Shown piece after piece: positions 18,334 to 27,470 of a DNA stretch of 64,000 nucleotides. Position numbers and translations under genes: made by a program. The stretch spans positions 7,145 through 71,144 of the forward strand of contig CALJDK010000016.1 of NCBI GenBank assembly GCA_938023735.1. Direction: 5' to 3'. Under the pieces are notes generated by a model that saw nothing but the letters and a program-made list of their open reading frames with translations, did no database searches and was not told the DNA's origin. Positions within the stretch are counted from its first letter, which is position 1, and every line of letters begins with the position of its first letter. The DNA comes from an uncultured Acidimicrobiales bacterium (GTDB taxonomy: Bacteria > Actinomycetota > Acidimicrobiia > Acidimicrobiales > SHLQ01).

Positions 18334-19602
18334 TTAAAGGTTGATCGTTGCGTAGAGCGAGCGGACTGAAGCGACCAGGTCGTCGATGGACGACATGGTG
18401 TGGCGTTCGGCCATGATGTGCTTGCTGAGCCGCAGGTTGAGTACTTCCAGCTCGGAGCGCCGAGCAGGGTCTTCGATGTCGCGGACATCGGCCACACCGG
18501 CAATTCCGACGGTGCGGCGAGCCATCGAGCAGGCACAGAAGCCGGCCGACTCGCGTAACAGATCGAGCATGAACTCGGATTTCAACGTGGCGAACTCGTC
18601 GGGGGTGAGGAGCCCGGCGGTGAGCATGGTGGACTCTGCGGCGGCGTCCCAGAGCTCGATGAACCGCTGCTCGAAGGTGTTCCAGATCACCGGGATCTGC
18701 GCAAGAATCCACTCGCGATACTCCTGGCCGCCCGCCCGCTCGTAGTGCGCTGTGCATGCCAGCAGGAAGTTGGAGATGATTTTGCCGATATCGAACCCGA
18801 ATGGACCGAAGAAGGCGAACTCCATGTCGATGACGTAAGTGTCGTCCTGGTTCACCATGAGCGAGCCGGTGTGGAGATCGCCGTGGAGGAGCGCATCGGT
18901 CTTTGCGACAAACAGATCTTTGAAGCCAAGAACATCGAGCTTGTAGCGAGAATCGGTGTGAATGTTCTCGCGCACCCACTCGTCGGTTGCCGGATTCGAG
19001 TAGTTGGACTCGTGTTCCATGTAGGGGAACGTGAAGATGAACTCTTCGGTGAGCTTGCAGAGTTCGTCGTTTTTGACGAACTGCGCCATGAGGTCGCGGC
19101 GGGCCTCGCTGGGCATTGCCCACGCGCTGGTCGCAAACAGCGTCTCGGCCATGAACTTGCCGATTGCCTCGGCGGCGGTGGGGTAGGTGATGGCGTCGAT
19201 CATTCCGATGCGGAGAATGATGTGTTCGCTGAGGCATTCCATGATCAAGGTGCTCATGGCCTCGTCGGCGTGGAACACGCCAGGCACCAGGTCGGGAACG
19301 ATGTCGTTGTAGAGATTCAGCGCCCGGATCTCGTAGTTCATCCGGTCTCGGCTGAGCGGCCACGCTTCGCCAACCAACCGAAAATACGGCACGGCCTGCT
19401 TCACGATGACCTGCTTTGACGCGTCGGACGCGTTGGTCACCCGGTACACATAGTTGACGTTGCCGTCGCCGATCTCGTCGATGGTGATGGCGTCGCTCGC
19501 GAAGCCGGCCGAAAGCCCGAGCGCCTCGACCACGCTGGGAAGCTCGCCGAGGTAGGCCGGAAGCTTGTCGAGGTCGAGAATGTAGTAGTTGTCGTCGCTC
19601 AC
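18334..19602 (-). CDS. S-methyl-5-thioribose kinase (MtnK) family kinase
   Basis: It is collinear over the full length with MtnK hallmarks: IGDGNVNYVYRV, VKQAVPY, GEAWPLSRDR, HGDLHTGS, IDMEFAFFGPFGFDIG, RRTVGIAGVADV. The GTG start overlaps the stop of the upstream IMPase gene. Confidence 0.8.
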   Translation of the reverse strand: MSDDNYYILDLDKLPAYLGELPSVVEALGLSAGFASDAITIDEIGDGNVNYVYRVTNASDASKQVIVKQAVPYFRLVGEAWPLSRDRMNYEIRALNLYNDIVPDLVPGVFHADEAMSTLIMECLSEHIILRIGMIDAITYPTAAEAIGKFMAETLFATSAWAMPSEARRDLMAQFVKNDELCKLTEEFIFTFPYMEHESNYSNPATDEWVRENIHTDSRYKLDVLGFKDLFVAKTDALLHGDLHTGSLMVNQDDTYVIDMEFAFFGPFGFDIGKIISNFLLACTAHYERAGGQEYREWILAQIPVIWNTFEQRFIELWDAAAESTMLTAGLLTPDEFATLKSEFMLDLLRESAGFCACSMARRTVGIAGVADVRDIEDPARRSELEVLNLRLSKHIMAERHTMSSIDDLVASVRSLYATINL

Positions 19603-20426
19603 GAGTGAACGGGTTGCGCCTCGACAACACCCGCTTTCGCGAGCTCATCGAGCATGGCGGTATGGATCAGGCCATTGGTAACGAGGAGGTCGGTCTTTTG
19701 CAGGTCCCACGGGTTGCCGTGGAAGTCGCTGACCATTCCGCCAGCCTCTTCGACACAAAGCACGCCCGCAGCTACGTCCCAGGGCGAGATGGACAATGTG
19801 GTAAAGGCATCGACGCGGCCGGCCGCGACCATGTAGCACTCGACCGCAGCTGAACCGATTTTGCGGAAATCTTTGTTCTGCTTGTGAATGGCGTACTCGA
19901 GCTCGGCGAATCGAATGTTGTTCTTCTCGCCGCCGGGGCAACCAACGGCGTAAGACTTGGCGATCTCGTCGGTGGTGGACACCTGCACGGGGCGGCCGTT
20001 GATGGTGCAACCGTGATCGCGTCGAGCGACCACCATCTCCTCGAGGTACGGCGAGAAGATCACGCCGGTAATGGGCTTGTTCTGGAACGCCAGGGCAATC
20101 GACACTGCAAAGAACGGGTTGTGATTGAGGAAGTTGCTGCTGCCGTCGAGCGGGTCGATAATCCAGGTGAAATCGCTGCCATTGTCGATAAGACCCGTCT
20201 CTTCGGTAAGGAGATTGTGGTCGGGGCATCGCTCGGTGAGGACCTTGATGATGATGGCGTCCGCCTCGTGGTCGCTCGAAGACGTGACCTCTTTGGACAG
20301 GCTGCGGTTACCGACTGACTGCACCTGATTGCCGTACACGGTCGCTTGATGCGCCCGAAAGTTATCGACAAGGGATTTGCCAGCTAGCGTTGCGGCCTCA
20401 ACGGCTACATCTGCGAAATAATGCAT
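19599..20426 (-). CDS. Inositol monophosphatase (IMPase/SuhB) family phosphatase
   Basis: Classic motifs are present: LTEETG, WIIDPLDGSSNF, WDVAAG. Confidence 0.8.
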   Translation of the reverse strand: MHYFADVAVEAATLAGKSLVDNFRAHQATVYGNQVQSVGNRSLSKEVTSSSDHEADAIIIKVLTERCPDHNLLTEETGLIDNGSDFTWIIDPLDGSSNFLNHNPFFAVSIALAFQNKPITGVIFSPYLEEMVVARRDHGCTINGRPVQVSTTDEIAKSYAVGCPGGEKNNIRFAELEYAIHKQNKDFRKIGSAAVECYMVAAGRVDAFTTLSISPWDVAAGVLCVEEAGGMVSDFHGNPWDLQKTDLLVTNGLIHTAMLDELAKAGVVEAQPVHS

Positions 20427-20623
20427 AGTGGTTCAAGATACCACCCGACATGGGCGTGTGGAAGGCCGAGCGCAGAAGGGGCCCAATGGCCCAGCGGCAA
20501 GAAACGCGAATTTGGCGGGCGTCGAGCGGCGACCGACGATGCGAGCTTGTGTTCTGGCAAAGTAAACCACCAACCATAATCTGCCCGTAGACTTGCGACC
20601 GTGAGCAACCGGCTTGTTCGTCG

Positions 20624-21892
20624 ATGAACGACGAGTTAGATGATGACGTGCAACCGGGCGTTGTTGGACGGGCCTCTGTAGCAAAGAATACCAGTTTCGT
20701 GCTCGTGGCCGAGTTGGTGTTCTCGGCCGGTCGAATGCTCATTTTCGTGCTGCTTGGTAAGGCGCTCGGGCGCGTCGAACTGGGACGCTACGTCGCCGTG
20801 CTCGGAATGGTTCAACTGTTGTTTCCGCTTGCTCGGGTGGGGATCGCCCACGTCATGGTGCGGAGTATCGCCCAAGGCGGCAAATCCGGCTTCGGCGATG
20901 CCTGGTCGAAGAACGTCACCGTCCACGGACTCGGTGGAATCGTCGGCGCGGGCGTCAGCGTTGCGCTAGCGAAGATACTCTTCGACGTCAGCGCTTTCGC
21001 CGTCCTACTGATCGCCGCTGCTCAGTTTGTTGGGCTTGGCTTACAACAGGCCGGCGGCATGGCAGCGAACGCGTTTGGCAGGGCCGAGGTGGGGCTTGCA
21101 CTGAACGGTGCCAACACGATTCTGCGCGTGCTGGCGGTCCTGCTCTTCATACAGTCCGGCGGTGACTCGGTTGACTCGTGGGCGCTCTACCTTTTCGGCG
21201 CAGCAGGTCTCGGTGTTTTGTGCACGTTGCTGATCGTTGGCCGTTTCTTCGAGGTGCAGCTAAAGCTTCAGTTACCGACCCGGCCAGATCTGGTGCTTGC
21301 TACGCCTTTCGTGTTTGCCGACACGGCGAACTCGGCGCAGGCAGACATCGACAAGGTGGTCCTCGGAGGGCTCGGCCTTAACGCCGATAACGGGGTATAC
21401 GCGGCAGCCTACCGCGTCGCTGATCTTGCGAATCTCCCTCTGGCCGCGCTGGTTAAGGCAACCTATGGCGAGTTCTTCCGTCGGGGCGATAGTCCAATCG
21501 GTGAGATGCTTCGCTACTCAAAACGGCTGACCGGCGTCGCGATGAGCTACGGAGCCGTTATCGGTGTTGGGCTTTGGGTTGCAGCGCCACTAGTAGAGGT
21601 CGCGATGGGCGAAGAGTTCGATGATTCAATTTCTGCGCTCCGATGGATTGCAGTCGTGCCGTTTATCCGCGCCGCTCAGTACTTTCCGGCCAACGTGCTC
21701 GCAGGCGTAGGCCGCCAGTGGGAACGTGCACGATTGATGGGCTCGACCGCACTTCTCAACCTTGCTGCGAATCTTGCCTTGGCCCCGACGATGGGTTGGC
21801 GAGGCGCAGCGCTCAGTACCATCCTCGCCGAGATCGCTTTTGGAGTGCTCTTGTGGCGGAGAGTGGCGAAATTGGACCGAAATGTTGGGTGA
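20624..21892 (+). CDS. Polysaccharide flippase, MOP/Wzx family (copy B)
   Basis: 422-aa polytopic membrane protein. It is divergent from the IMPase operon and opens the second (plus-strand) module. Confidence 0.65.
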   Translation: MNDELDDDVQPGVVGRASVAKNTSFVLVAELVFSAGRMLIFVLLGKALGRVELGRYVAVLGMVQLLFPLARVGIAHVMVRSIAQGGKSGFGDAWSKNVTVHGLGGIVGAGVSVALAKILFDVSAFAVLLIAAAQFVGLGLQQAGGMAANAFGRAEVGLALNGANTILRVLAVLLFIQSGGDSVDSWALYLFGAAGLGVLCTLLIVGRFFEVQLKLQLPTRPDLVLATPFVFADTANSAQADIDKVVLGGLGLNADNGVYAAAYRVADLANLPLAALVKATYGEFFRRGDSPIGEMLRYSKRLTGVAMSYGAVIGVGLWVAAPLVEVAMGEEFDDSISALRWIAVVPFIRAAQYFPANVLAGVGRQWERARLMGSTALLNLAANLALAPTMGWRGAALSTILAEIAFGVLLWRRVAKLDRNVG

Positions 21893-21992
21893 GGGGCTAA
21901 AGGGGCAGGTAGATTGGTGGATTGAGACGACATCTGTCATGCCGCGATCGTTGAGAACTAGCCGCTGCTCTCACTAAAGATGCCTTCTGCGG

Positions 21993-23531
21993 GTGCCGAA
22001 ACCTTTGGGTATGTCCTCCAAGGCCCATATCCCATTCGGCCAGCGCTCTGCAATGGCCCGCAGATCCGTGCTCTTCGCTGTCACATCGATACTCTTGTTG
22101 CTTGTCCTTGCGCTGACAGCTACGTCCTTTGGTCGAACTGATGAGTTGTCTGCGGGGGAGTCGGTTCCGATCGGCGCAGTTGAAGAAGACGACCGACGCG
22201 TTGTCCGAGAACTCGAAGTCCCCACCGGTAACGCATCAAGTGACACGATCGCATCGTCGCCTACCGACTCCACCACACCGACATCGCTAGGTGTAGACCG
22301 GCCCCCAGTGGCCGACGTCCCTGCTGACGAATCACCGACAGCTAACGATGATGCGACCCAGCCGGTCGCAACGACGGCCTTGCCTTCGACCTCGACGGTT
22401 TCGCCAAGCTCGACGGTTTCGCCAAGCTCGACCGTGTCAGCCGTGCCGGTTCAGTCCGCTGATTCGACGGTTCCGTCTAGCGTGCCGGTGGTCGCTAACT
22501 CGTTGGCAGCGCAGCCCAGCAGTACCACGACACCGACCGTAGCGCTACAGCAGTCGACCGCTGACCTGCAAGCTGCATGGGCAGCGAGAAAACAGCCGAT
22601 GTCGAAGGACTTCACCTTGATGGGGCTGGTGGAGAATTCACAGCAAATGGATTTCGGCCAATCTGATTCACAAGTGAGGTCGGCGCTTGAAGACATCTTC
22701 GGTCCGGTGAAGTATGCGAACTCCGAGAACTGGCACAACTTGGCGGTTGTGGAAGACCCGACAGGCGACTACATCCGGTACCGCAGCAACGTTGGCAACA
22801 ACTCGCGCCAACAGTTCAACGTCCCGATAGTTCCGTCTCAGGAGTCCTACCTCGTGTATCGATTTCAGCTTGAGCCTGGATTCGATGCGGGCGACGGCGA
22901 TGGCTCCCATGGTTCGCCATCGTGGGGTACCGGGATCAAGATGCCCGGACTAATGAGGGGGGGCCCAGCGGCCAACACCGGCGGTAACCACACCGAAGGC
23001 GGATTTTCCGGGCGACTCATGATCCGCGGCACGCGCCATTCCGACGGGCGAAACGACTTGCCACGCGAAGGGATCTCTCTCGCAGCATATGTGTACGGGC
23101 AGAGGATCGACGGGGCCAATATAACGTCGGGCTTTGGCGAGGACTACTACTTCCTTGACGGTTTCGACACCACCCCCTTCGAGGGCATCAGAAGCGGAAT
23201 CAATGGTGGCGTTGGAGATCCGCGCATCTGGGACCTCGAGGTCGGCCGCTGGGTCACCGTCGTCCTCGGATATCGCGTCGAAGGCGGGAACGGATGGTTC
23301 AAAGCATGGACTATGACCGAGGGAATCGACGCTGCCCCACAGCCCCGACTGTTCATTGACAAGATCGACTGGACCGGCGGCTGGGAAGGACCAGACTCGC
23401 TCTTGATGCAGCAGTACTACGGAGGCAGCGGACCTGTTTGGCATCCTGACACGGAGTCCTATATCCGCTTTAAGGATTTCGGCGTGTTCCGTAATGAAAC
23501 CTCGGCACTCTCGTTCGCCGGTCAGAGTTAG
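21993..23531 (+). CDS. Secreted/anchored protein with a C-terminal PL14-like (Polysacc_lyase-type) domain; putative polysaccharide lyase
   Basis: Signal-anchor MARRSVLFAVTSILLLLVLAL (the likely start is 22011 or 22050). An S/T/P-rich linker follows. The C-terminal domain has IKMPGLMRGG..NTGGNHTEGGFSGRLMIRG..., YVYGQ and QQYYGGSGPVWHPD..YIRFKDFGVF, resembling the KLPGL / GFSxRLMWR / FFGG..W...Y..FKNF pattern of PL14. Confidence 0.5.
   Translation: MPKPLGMSSKAHIPFGQRSAMARRSVLFAVTSILLLLVLALTATSFGRTDELSAGESVPIGAVEEDDRRVVRELEVPTGNASSDTIASSPTDSTTPTSLGVDRPPVADVPADESPTANDDATQPVATTALPSTSTVSPSSTVSPSSTVSAVPVQSADSTVPSSVPVVANSLAAQPSSTTTPTVALQQSTADLQAAWAARKQPMSKDFTLMGLVENSQQMDFGQSDSQVRSALEDIFGPVKYANSENWHNLAVVEDPTGDYIRYRSNVGNNSRQQFNVPIVPSQESYLVYRFQLEPGFDAGDGDGSHGSPSWGTGIKMPGLMRGGPAANTGGNHTEGGFSGRLMIRGTRHSDGRNDLPREGISLAAYVYGQRIDGANITSGFGEDYYFLDGFDTTPFEGIRSGINGGVGDPRIWDLEVGRWVTVVLGYRVEGGNGWFKAWTMTEGIDAAPQPRLFIDKIDWTGGWEGPDSLLMQQYYGGSGPVWHPDTESYIRFKDFGVFRNETSALSFAGQS
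22391..22426 (+). repeat. Perfect 18-bp tandem duplication inside the PL14-like gene linker
   Basis: ctcgacggtttcgccaag occurs twice back-to-back, followed by a degenerate third unit. It encodes STVSPS-STVSPS-STVSAV. Confidence 0.85.
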
Positions 23532-23543
23532 AGCCGAACAGCT

Positions 23544-24446
23544 TTAGAGGCTTCTGGTCGTAACGACTCCCGCTACACCCTCAACCTTGCCAATGTTCGA
23601 CCACAGGCGCATGTGCGCTTCTGCGCGCCGGTGAGAGTGTCGTTTCCCCAAAGCGACAATCGGGGCCATAGCTACGATCTGCACGGTCGCTTTCACTAGG
23701 AGCGCCAGAACGCTTGGATTTGCCACGCTGCCGGTAAGGCTCACCGTTTGGCGGGCGTGATTTTGCCCCTGTCGACGCACCCGGTCTCGTATCCAAGGCC
23801 AGTTCGCCCTCGACTCCGGAACTGTCTCAACAACCGCTCCTTCACCGCAGTCGATGAACTTTGCCCCAAGGAGCTCGAGTTGGCGGAACAGCATCGAATC
23901 GGCCCCTCCCGACAAACCATACGAAGGGTCGAAGGGGCCAGGAACTTTCTGGAGAACGGCTGCCCTCACGAGCGTGTTCGAGGTTCGAAAGGCGCGTGCC
24001 CGTCGGCCAGTCTCATGGATCGAGCGGTTGAAAGCTGACGACGTCAGAATCCAACTTGGATGGTTTCCCTCGAACTTGGGAAGAACCGGACCGAAGACGC
24101 CATCGGCGTCGAAACGTTTCATCGCCTCGAGGAGTTCACTCAACGCTGCTGGAGTCGCCGTCTCATCATCGTCAACAAACCAAATCAGATCGCCGACCGC
24201 CATGCGGACGGCGAGATTTCGGGTGAGACTTATGTTTTGCTCTGCTTGGGTGTAGTAGTGAACATCGAAGCGACTCGCTTTTCTGAACTCGTCGACGGTG
24301 TCTCTCGCAGAATCCGGGTCGTTGTCGACGACGATGATGTCGACCACTACATCCGGCTCGAGTACCTGCCTCTCCAAGCTTTCGAGCAGGTCGCGAAGGC
24401 CTTTGTTTCGCTTATACGTCGCGATGCATACTGTGCACGTGGTCAT
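23544..24446 (-). CDS. Glycosyltransferase family 2
   Basis: VCIATYKRNKGLRDLL, IIVVDNDPDS and FVDDDE motifs. It is a paralog of 9054..10016. Confidence 0.8.
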   Translation of the reverse strand: MTTCTVCIATYKRNKGLRDLLESLERQVLEPDVVVDIIVVDNDPDSARDTVDEFRKASRFDVHYYTQAEQNISLTRNLAVRMAVGDLIWFVDDDETATPAALSELLEAMKRFDADGVFGPVLPKFEGNHPSWILTSSAFNRSIHETGRRARAFRTSNTLVRAAVLQKVPGPFDPSYGLSGGADSMLFRQLELLGAKFIDCGEGAVVETVPESRANWPWIRDRVRRQGQNHARQTVSLTGSVANPSVLALLVKATVQIVAMAPIVALGKRHSHRRAEAHMRLWSNIGKVEGVAGVVTTRSL

Positions 24447-24458
24447 GCCGCGGGATCG

Positions 24459-25475
24459 CTAAAGGCCCTTGGTCGGAATGTAGCTGCTGTGCACCGGGCC
24501 GCCGAGCACACAAATACCAACGACTCGAAGATCGACGGAAAGTCCGACCCGCGGGTGGCTGGCTAGGTGAGTCCATGCTCTCTTCATCCCGTCGGTCCAG
24601 TCGATATCGTCGAATACGACAACTGCGTCGTCGGATAGATACGGCAACATCTGCTGGAAGTACAAGACTGTCGCAGCCTCATCGTGATGGCCGTCAATGA
24701 ACGCATAGTCCACCGGGTTGAAGCGTTCCAGCGTATCTGCCAGCGTATCGCTGAACTTTCCGCGGACTATCTCGACCCGGTGAGCCAACTCGACTTCGTC
24801 GATGTTGGATTGAGAGGCGTCGGCAAGGGAAGGCGCCCCCTCCATTGTGACCAGGTGTCCGGCGCCATTTAGTTCGAGGGCGGCAGCCTGATAGCACGCC
24901 GAGACACCAAGGCACGTTCCCATTTCGATGGCGATCTCGGGTCGATACTCGGAAACGAGTTCGTGAAGGAACCGAGCCCAGAACTCCGGCTTTGATGCTT
25001 TGGTGACCTGCTGAATCGTCTTCGAGATTTTGACGCCGTCGTTCATTTCTTGCTCGGACCGGCTGTCACCGGCACTTCCAGCCCCGTAGTCCATTATTTC
25101 GACGGTGGTCGTAGCGTCGGCTTCTTGACGCGTGCGAACAGCTTCGATGCGGTCCAGCCACTTGCTTTGCATCGGAGTAACTTCGCCGTCTAGTGCCCGC
25201 TCGAAAGCGGAAGCGATCTTCGTTCCGCTGGGATTCGATGCGAGCTTGCGCACTTCGCGCCGAGCCCGAGCGGTAGCAAGTTGCCGCACGCTATCTGAAA
25301 CGAATGTCTGTGCGTCGAACATTGTGGTACTCCCAAGATGTAACAGGCTTGCCAGCATAACGGACGGCTCACTGTTAGCCGTCCAACAAGTGCTGAATGG
25401 AACACTGAAGCGATACCCGTTGTCAATGGGTATTTCGGGCCCAGCGTCGGCCCGCGGGTCAAACTTCGTGCACAT
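24459..25475 (-). CDS. Class I SAM-dependent methyltransferase-like protein (O-methyltransferase family 3-like)
   Basis: The C-terminal 200 aa contains AIEMGTCLGVS (motif I-like), VTMEG, DYAFIDGHHD and VVVFDDIDW. The N-terminal ~120 aa is unassigned and the start is uncertain. Confidence 0.55.
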   Translation of the reverse strand: MCTKFDPRADAGPEIPIDNGYRFSVPFSTCWTANSEPSVMLASLLHLGSTTMFDAQTFVSDSVRQLATARARREVRKLASNPSGTKIASAFERALDGEVTPMQSKWLDRIEAVRTRQEADATTTVEIMDYGAGSAGDSRSEQEMNDGVKISKTIQQVTKASKPEFWARFLHELVSEYRPEIAIEMGTCLGVSACYQAAALELNGAGHLVTMEGAPSLADASQSNIDEVELAHRVEIVRGKFSDTLADTLERFNPVDYAFIDGHHDEAATVLYFQQMLPYLSDDAVVVFDDIDWTDGMKRAWTHLASHPRVGLSVDLRVVGICVLGGPVHSSYIPTKGL

Positions 25476-25540
25476 TTTCGAATAGAATGAAAGGCACTGA
25501 GCGCCGAAGCGCTTTGTTGCGAACTACGAGGATTTTCGGA

Positions 25541-27415
25541 ATGCAATACAGGCCCGATATTGACGGCCTGCGGGCGCTAGCAATTGTGCCCGTGCTGCTC
25601 TACCACCTTGATGTTGACTCGGTTGCTGGCGGGTTCGTAGGCGTCGACGTGTTCTTTGTCATTTCCGGGTTCCTCATTACGTCGATCATTGCGAAGAACC
25701 TAGACACAGGGAATTTTACGTTCGCCGACTTCTATCGCAGGCGTGCGTTGCGAATCCTTCCTCCACTGTTCTTTCTACTCGCGGTGACGATGGTTGCGTC
25801 CTACCTACTGCTGTTGCCGTTCGAGGCGCATGAAATCGGCAAAACCGCGATTTCGGCAACGGTCTTCTACTCGAATATCGACCTCTGGCGATCGGCCGAT
25901 TACTTCAACCCCATCTCCGATACCAACCCGCTGCTCCACACGTGGTCACTCGGAATCGAGGAGCAGTTCTACATTCTGGTGCCGTTCCTGTTAGTGGCGC
26001 TTCACCTTAAATTCTGGAAACGACGGGTTGGAGTGTTTGCACTTTGTGTTGCGGGCTCGTTTCTCTTGAGCGTGATCGTGATAGCGCGCGAGCCAACCGG
26101 CACCTTCTACCTGCTTCCAACACGGTTTTGGGAAATGGCGGTGGGGTCAGTACTCGCACTGCTTGGAGTGCGAGCACAAGTTACCGGTCGCGCCGCCGAA
26201 GTGCTGTCAACGTTGGGCGTTTTGGGTATCGCTGGAGCAATCTTCCTGCTCGACGGCGGCTCCGTTTTTCCAGGGTACAACGCGCTTGCTCCGGTTCTCG
26301 GCACGGCGGCGCTTCTCGCCAGTGGTCAAACCTCATGGGTGGGCCGCCTGCTGTCCGCGAGGTTGCCAGTGGCAATCGGCAAGATCTCCTACTCGCTCTA
26401 CCTTTGGCATTGGCCGCTCATCGTCTTTTACAAACTCGAAACTGGGCCAGAGTTGAGGCTCGCCGAAATCGGCGGCCTCATTGCGGCTTCCTTTGCGTGC
26501 GCCATTGTCAGCTTTGCTCTGGTCGAGACACCATTTCGACGAATTTCTTATGCAGTATCGACTCCTCGGGTTTTGATGGGGGCGGCGGGATCGATGGCGA
26601 CTGTCGTCGTCGGCGCGCTCTTTCTTCAATGGGCAGCCGAGGAACGCCGCGACTTGCCGAACGAAGTCGTTGCCATGTCTGACTTCAACGATTACGAAGA
26701 AACCGAGCGATACCGAGAGCAGTTTCGCACCGACGAGTGTTTTCTTACATCCCGAACCGTTGGCGCGTTTTCGGCCTTCAATGCAGACTTCTGTCTTGCA
26801 GAAGACAATCAGACGCTACTCCTTGGCGATAGCCACGGAGCACACCTCGCCGGGCCTCTCGAAAAGGCGCTGCGCGAAAGCGACAACGAGATTGTAAGCG
26901 TCGGCCAGGCGACAGCGTCTGGCTGCAAGCCTCTCCGGAATGCGACAGGGGAGGCTCGCTGCACCGACCTGATGTCGTTCATATACGAAGACTGGCTTCC
27001 GTCGTCAGCGCCTCCCCGGGTGATCTTGGCCGGGAGATGGCAGGAGGCAGACATCGAGCCGCTCCGAACCTCGATCGACTACCTAAAGATCCATGGAGTA
27101 CGTGAGGTCGTCGTTCTGGGCCCGACCGTTGAATACTTCGGATCGGTTCCTTCACTTCTCGCTCGGGACGTTCTCGCCGGGACCGACTCTCTGGAGGCAT
27201 TTCAGGATAAAGCACGCTCGGAACTCGATGGCGAGATGCTGCGGAGACTGGAAACCGACGAGATTCAGTATGTCTCGGTACACCAACTCGTATGTCCCGC
27301 CGAGGGCTGCTTGTTAACCGTTGAAGATACGCCCTTTCAGTTCGACTACGGACATTTCACCGATGCTGGTGCGCACGTTGTGGCAGCCGGAATTGCGGCA
27401 CAGATTGAAAAATGA
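25541..27415 (+). CDS. O-acyltransferase, AT3 membrane domain fused to an SGNH-like domain (OafA/OatA type)
   Basis: The start is refined to MQYRPDIDGLRALAIVPVLLYH (AT3 signature). Also present: FFVISGFLIT and HTWSLGIEEQFY. The C-terminal soluble domain has LLLGDSHGAHL. The track ORF begins at 25487. Confidence 0.8.
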   Translation: MQYRPDIDGLRALAIVPVLLYHLDVDSVAGGFVGVDVFFVISGFLITSIIAKNLDTGNFTFADFYRRRALRILPPLFFLLAVTMVASYLLLLPFEAHEIGKTAISATVFYSNIDLWRSADYFNPISDTNPLLHTWSLGIEEQFYILVPFLLVALHLKFWKRRVGVFALCVAGSFLLSVIVIAREPTGTFYLLPTRFWEMAVGSVLALLGVRAQVTGRAAEVLSTLGVLGIAGAIFLLDGGSVFPGYNALAPVLGTAALLASGQTSWVGRLLSARLPVAIGKISYSLYLWHWPLIVFYKLETGPELRLAEIGGLIAASFACAIVSFALVETPFRRISYAVSTPRVLMGAAGSMATVVVGALFLQWAAEERRDLPNEVVAMSDFNDYEETERYREQFRTDECFLTSRTVGAFSAFNADFCLAEDNQTLLLGDSHGAHLAGPLEKALRESDNEIVSVGQATASGCKPLRNATGEARCTDLMSFIYEDWLPSSAPPRVILAGRWQEADIEPLRTSIDYLKIHGVREVVVLGPTVEYFGSVPSLLARDVLAGTDSLEAFQDKARSELDGEMLRRLETDEIQYVSVHQLVCPAEGCLLTVEDTPFQFDYGHFTDAGAHVVAAGIAAQIEK

Positions 27416-27470
27416 ACCGTCAGGAGCGGGCGACAATAGTAACGATCGTGCAACTGGCGCCTGGAGGCAA

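Noticed and set aside
18334-19602. The MtnK-family gene considered as ordinary methionine-salvage housekeeping.
   Set aside because: This is not fully rejected but was judged unlikely as the sole role. The gene is translationally coupled to an IMPase-family gene and is followed by a nucleotidyltransferase and a glycosyltransferase inside a glycan locus, and no mtnA/B/C/D-like ORF is in the window. The rest of the genome must be checked.
18248-19648. 466-aa Arg/His-rich ORF on the minus strand overlapping the MtnK-family gene. Similar long shadow ORFs include 115..822, 3964..5037, 33379..34545, 49913..51190, 51100..51840, 58971..60590 and 61472..62890.
   Set aside because: They have out-of-frame or antisense overlap with ORFs that carry clear family motifs. 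Their Arg/Gly/Pro-rich, low-complexity translations are typical of stop-codon-poor alternative frames in high-GC DNA.
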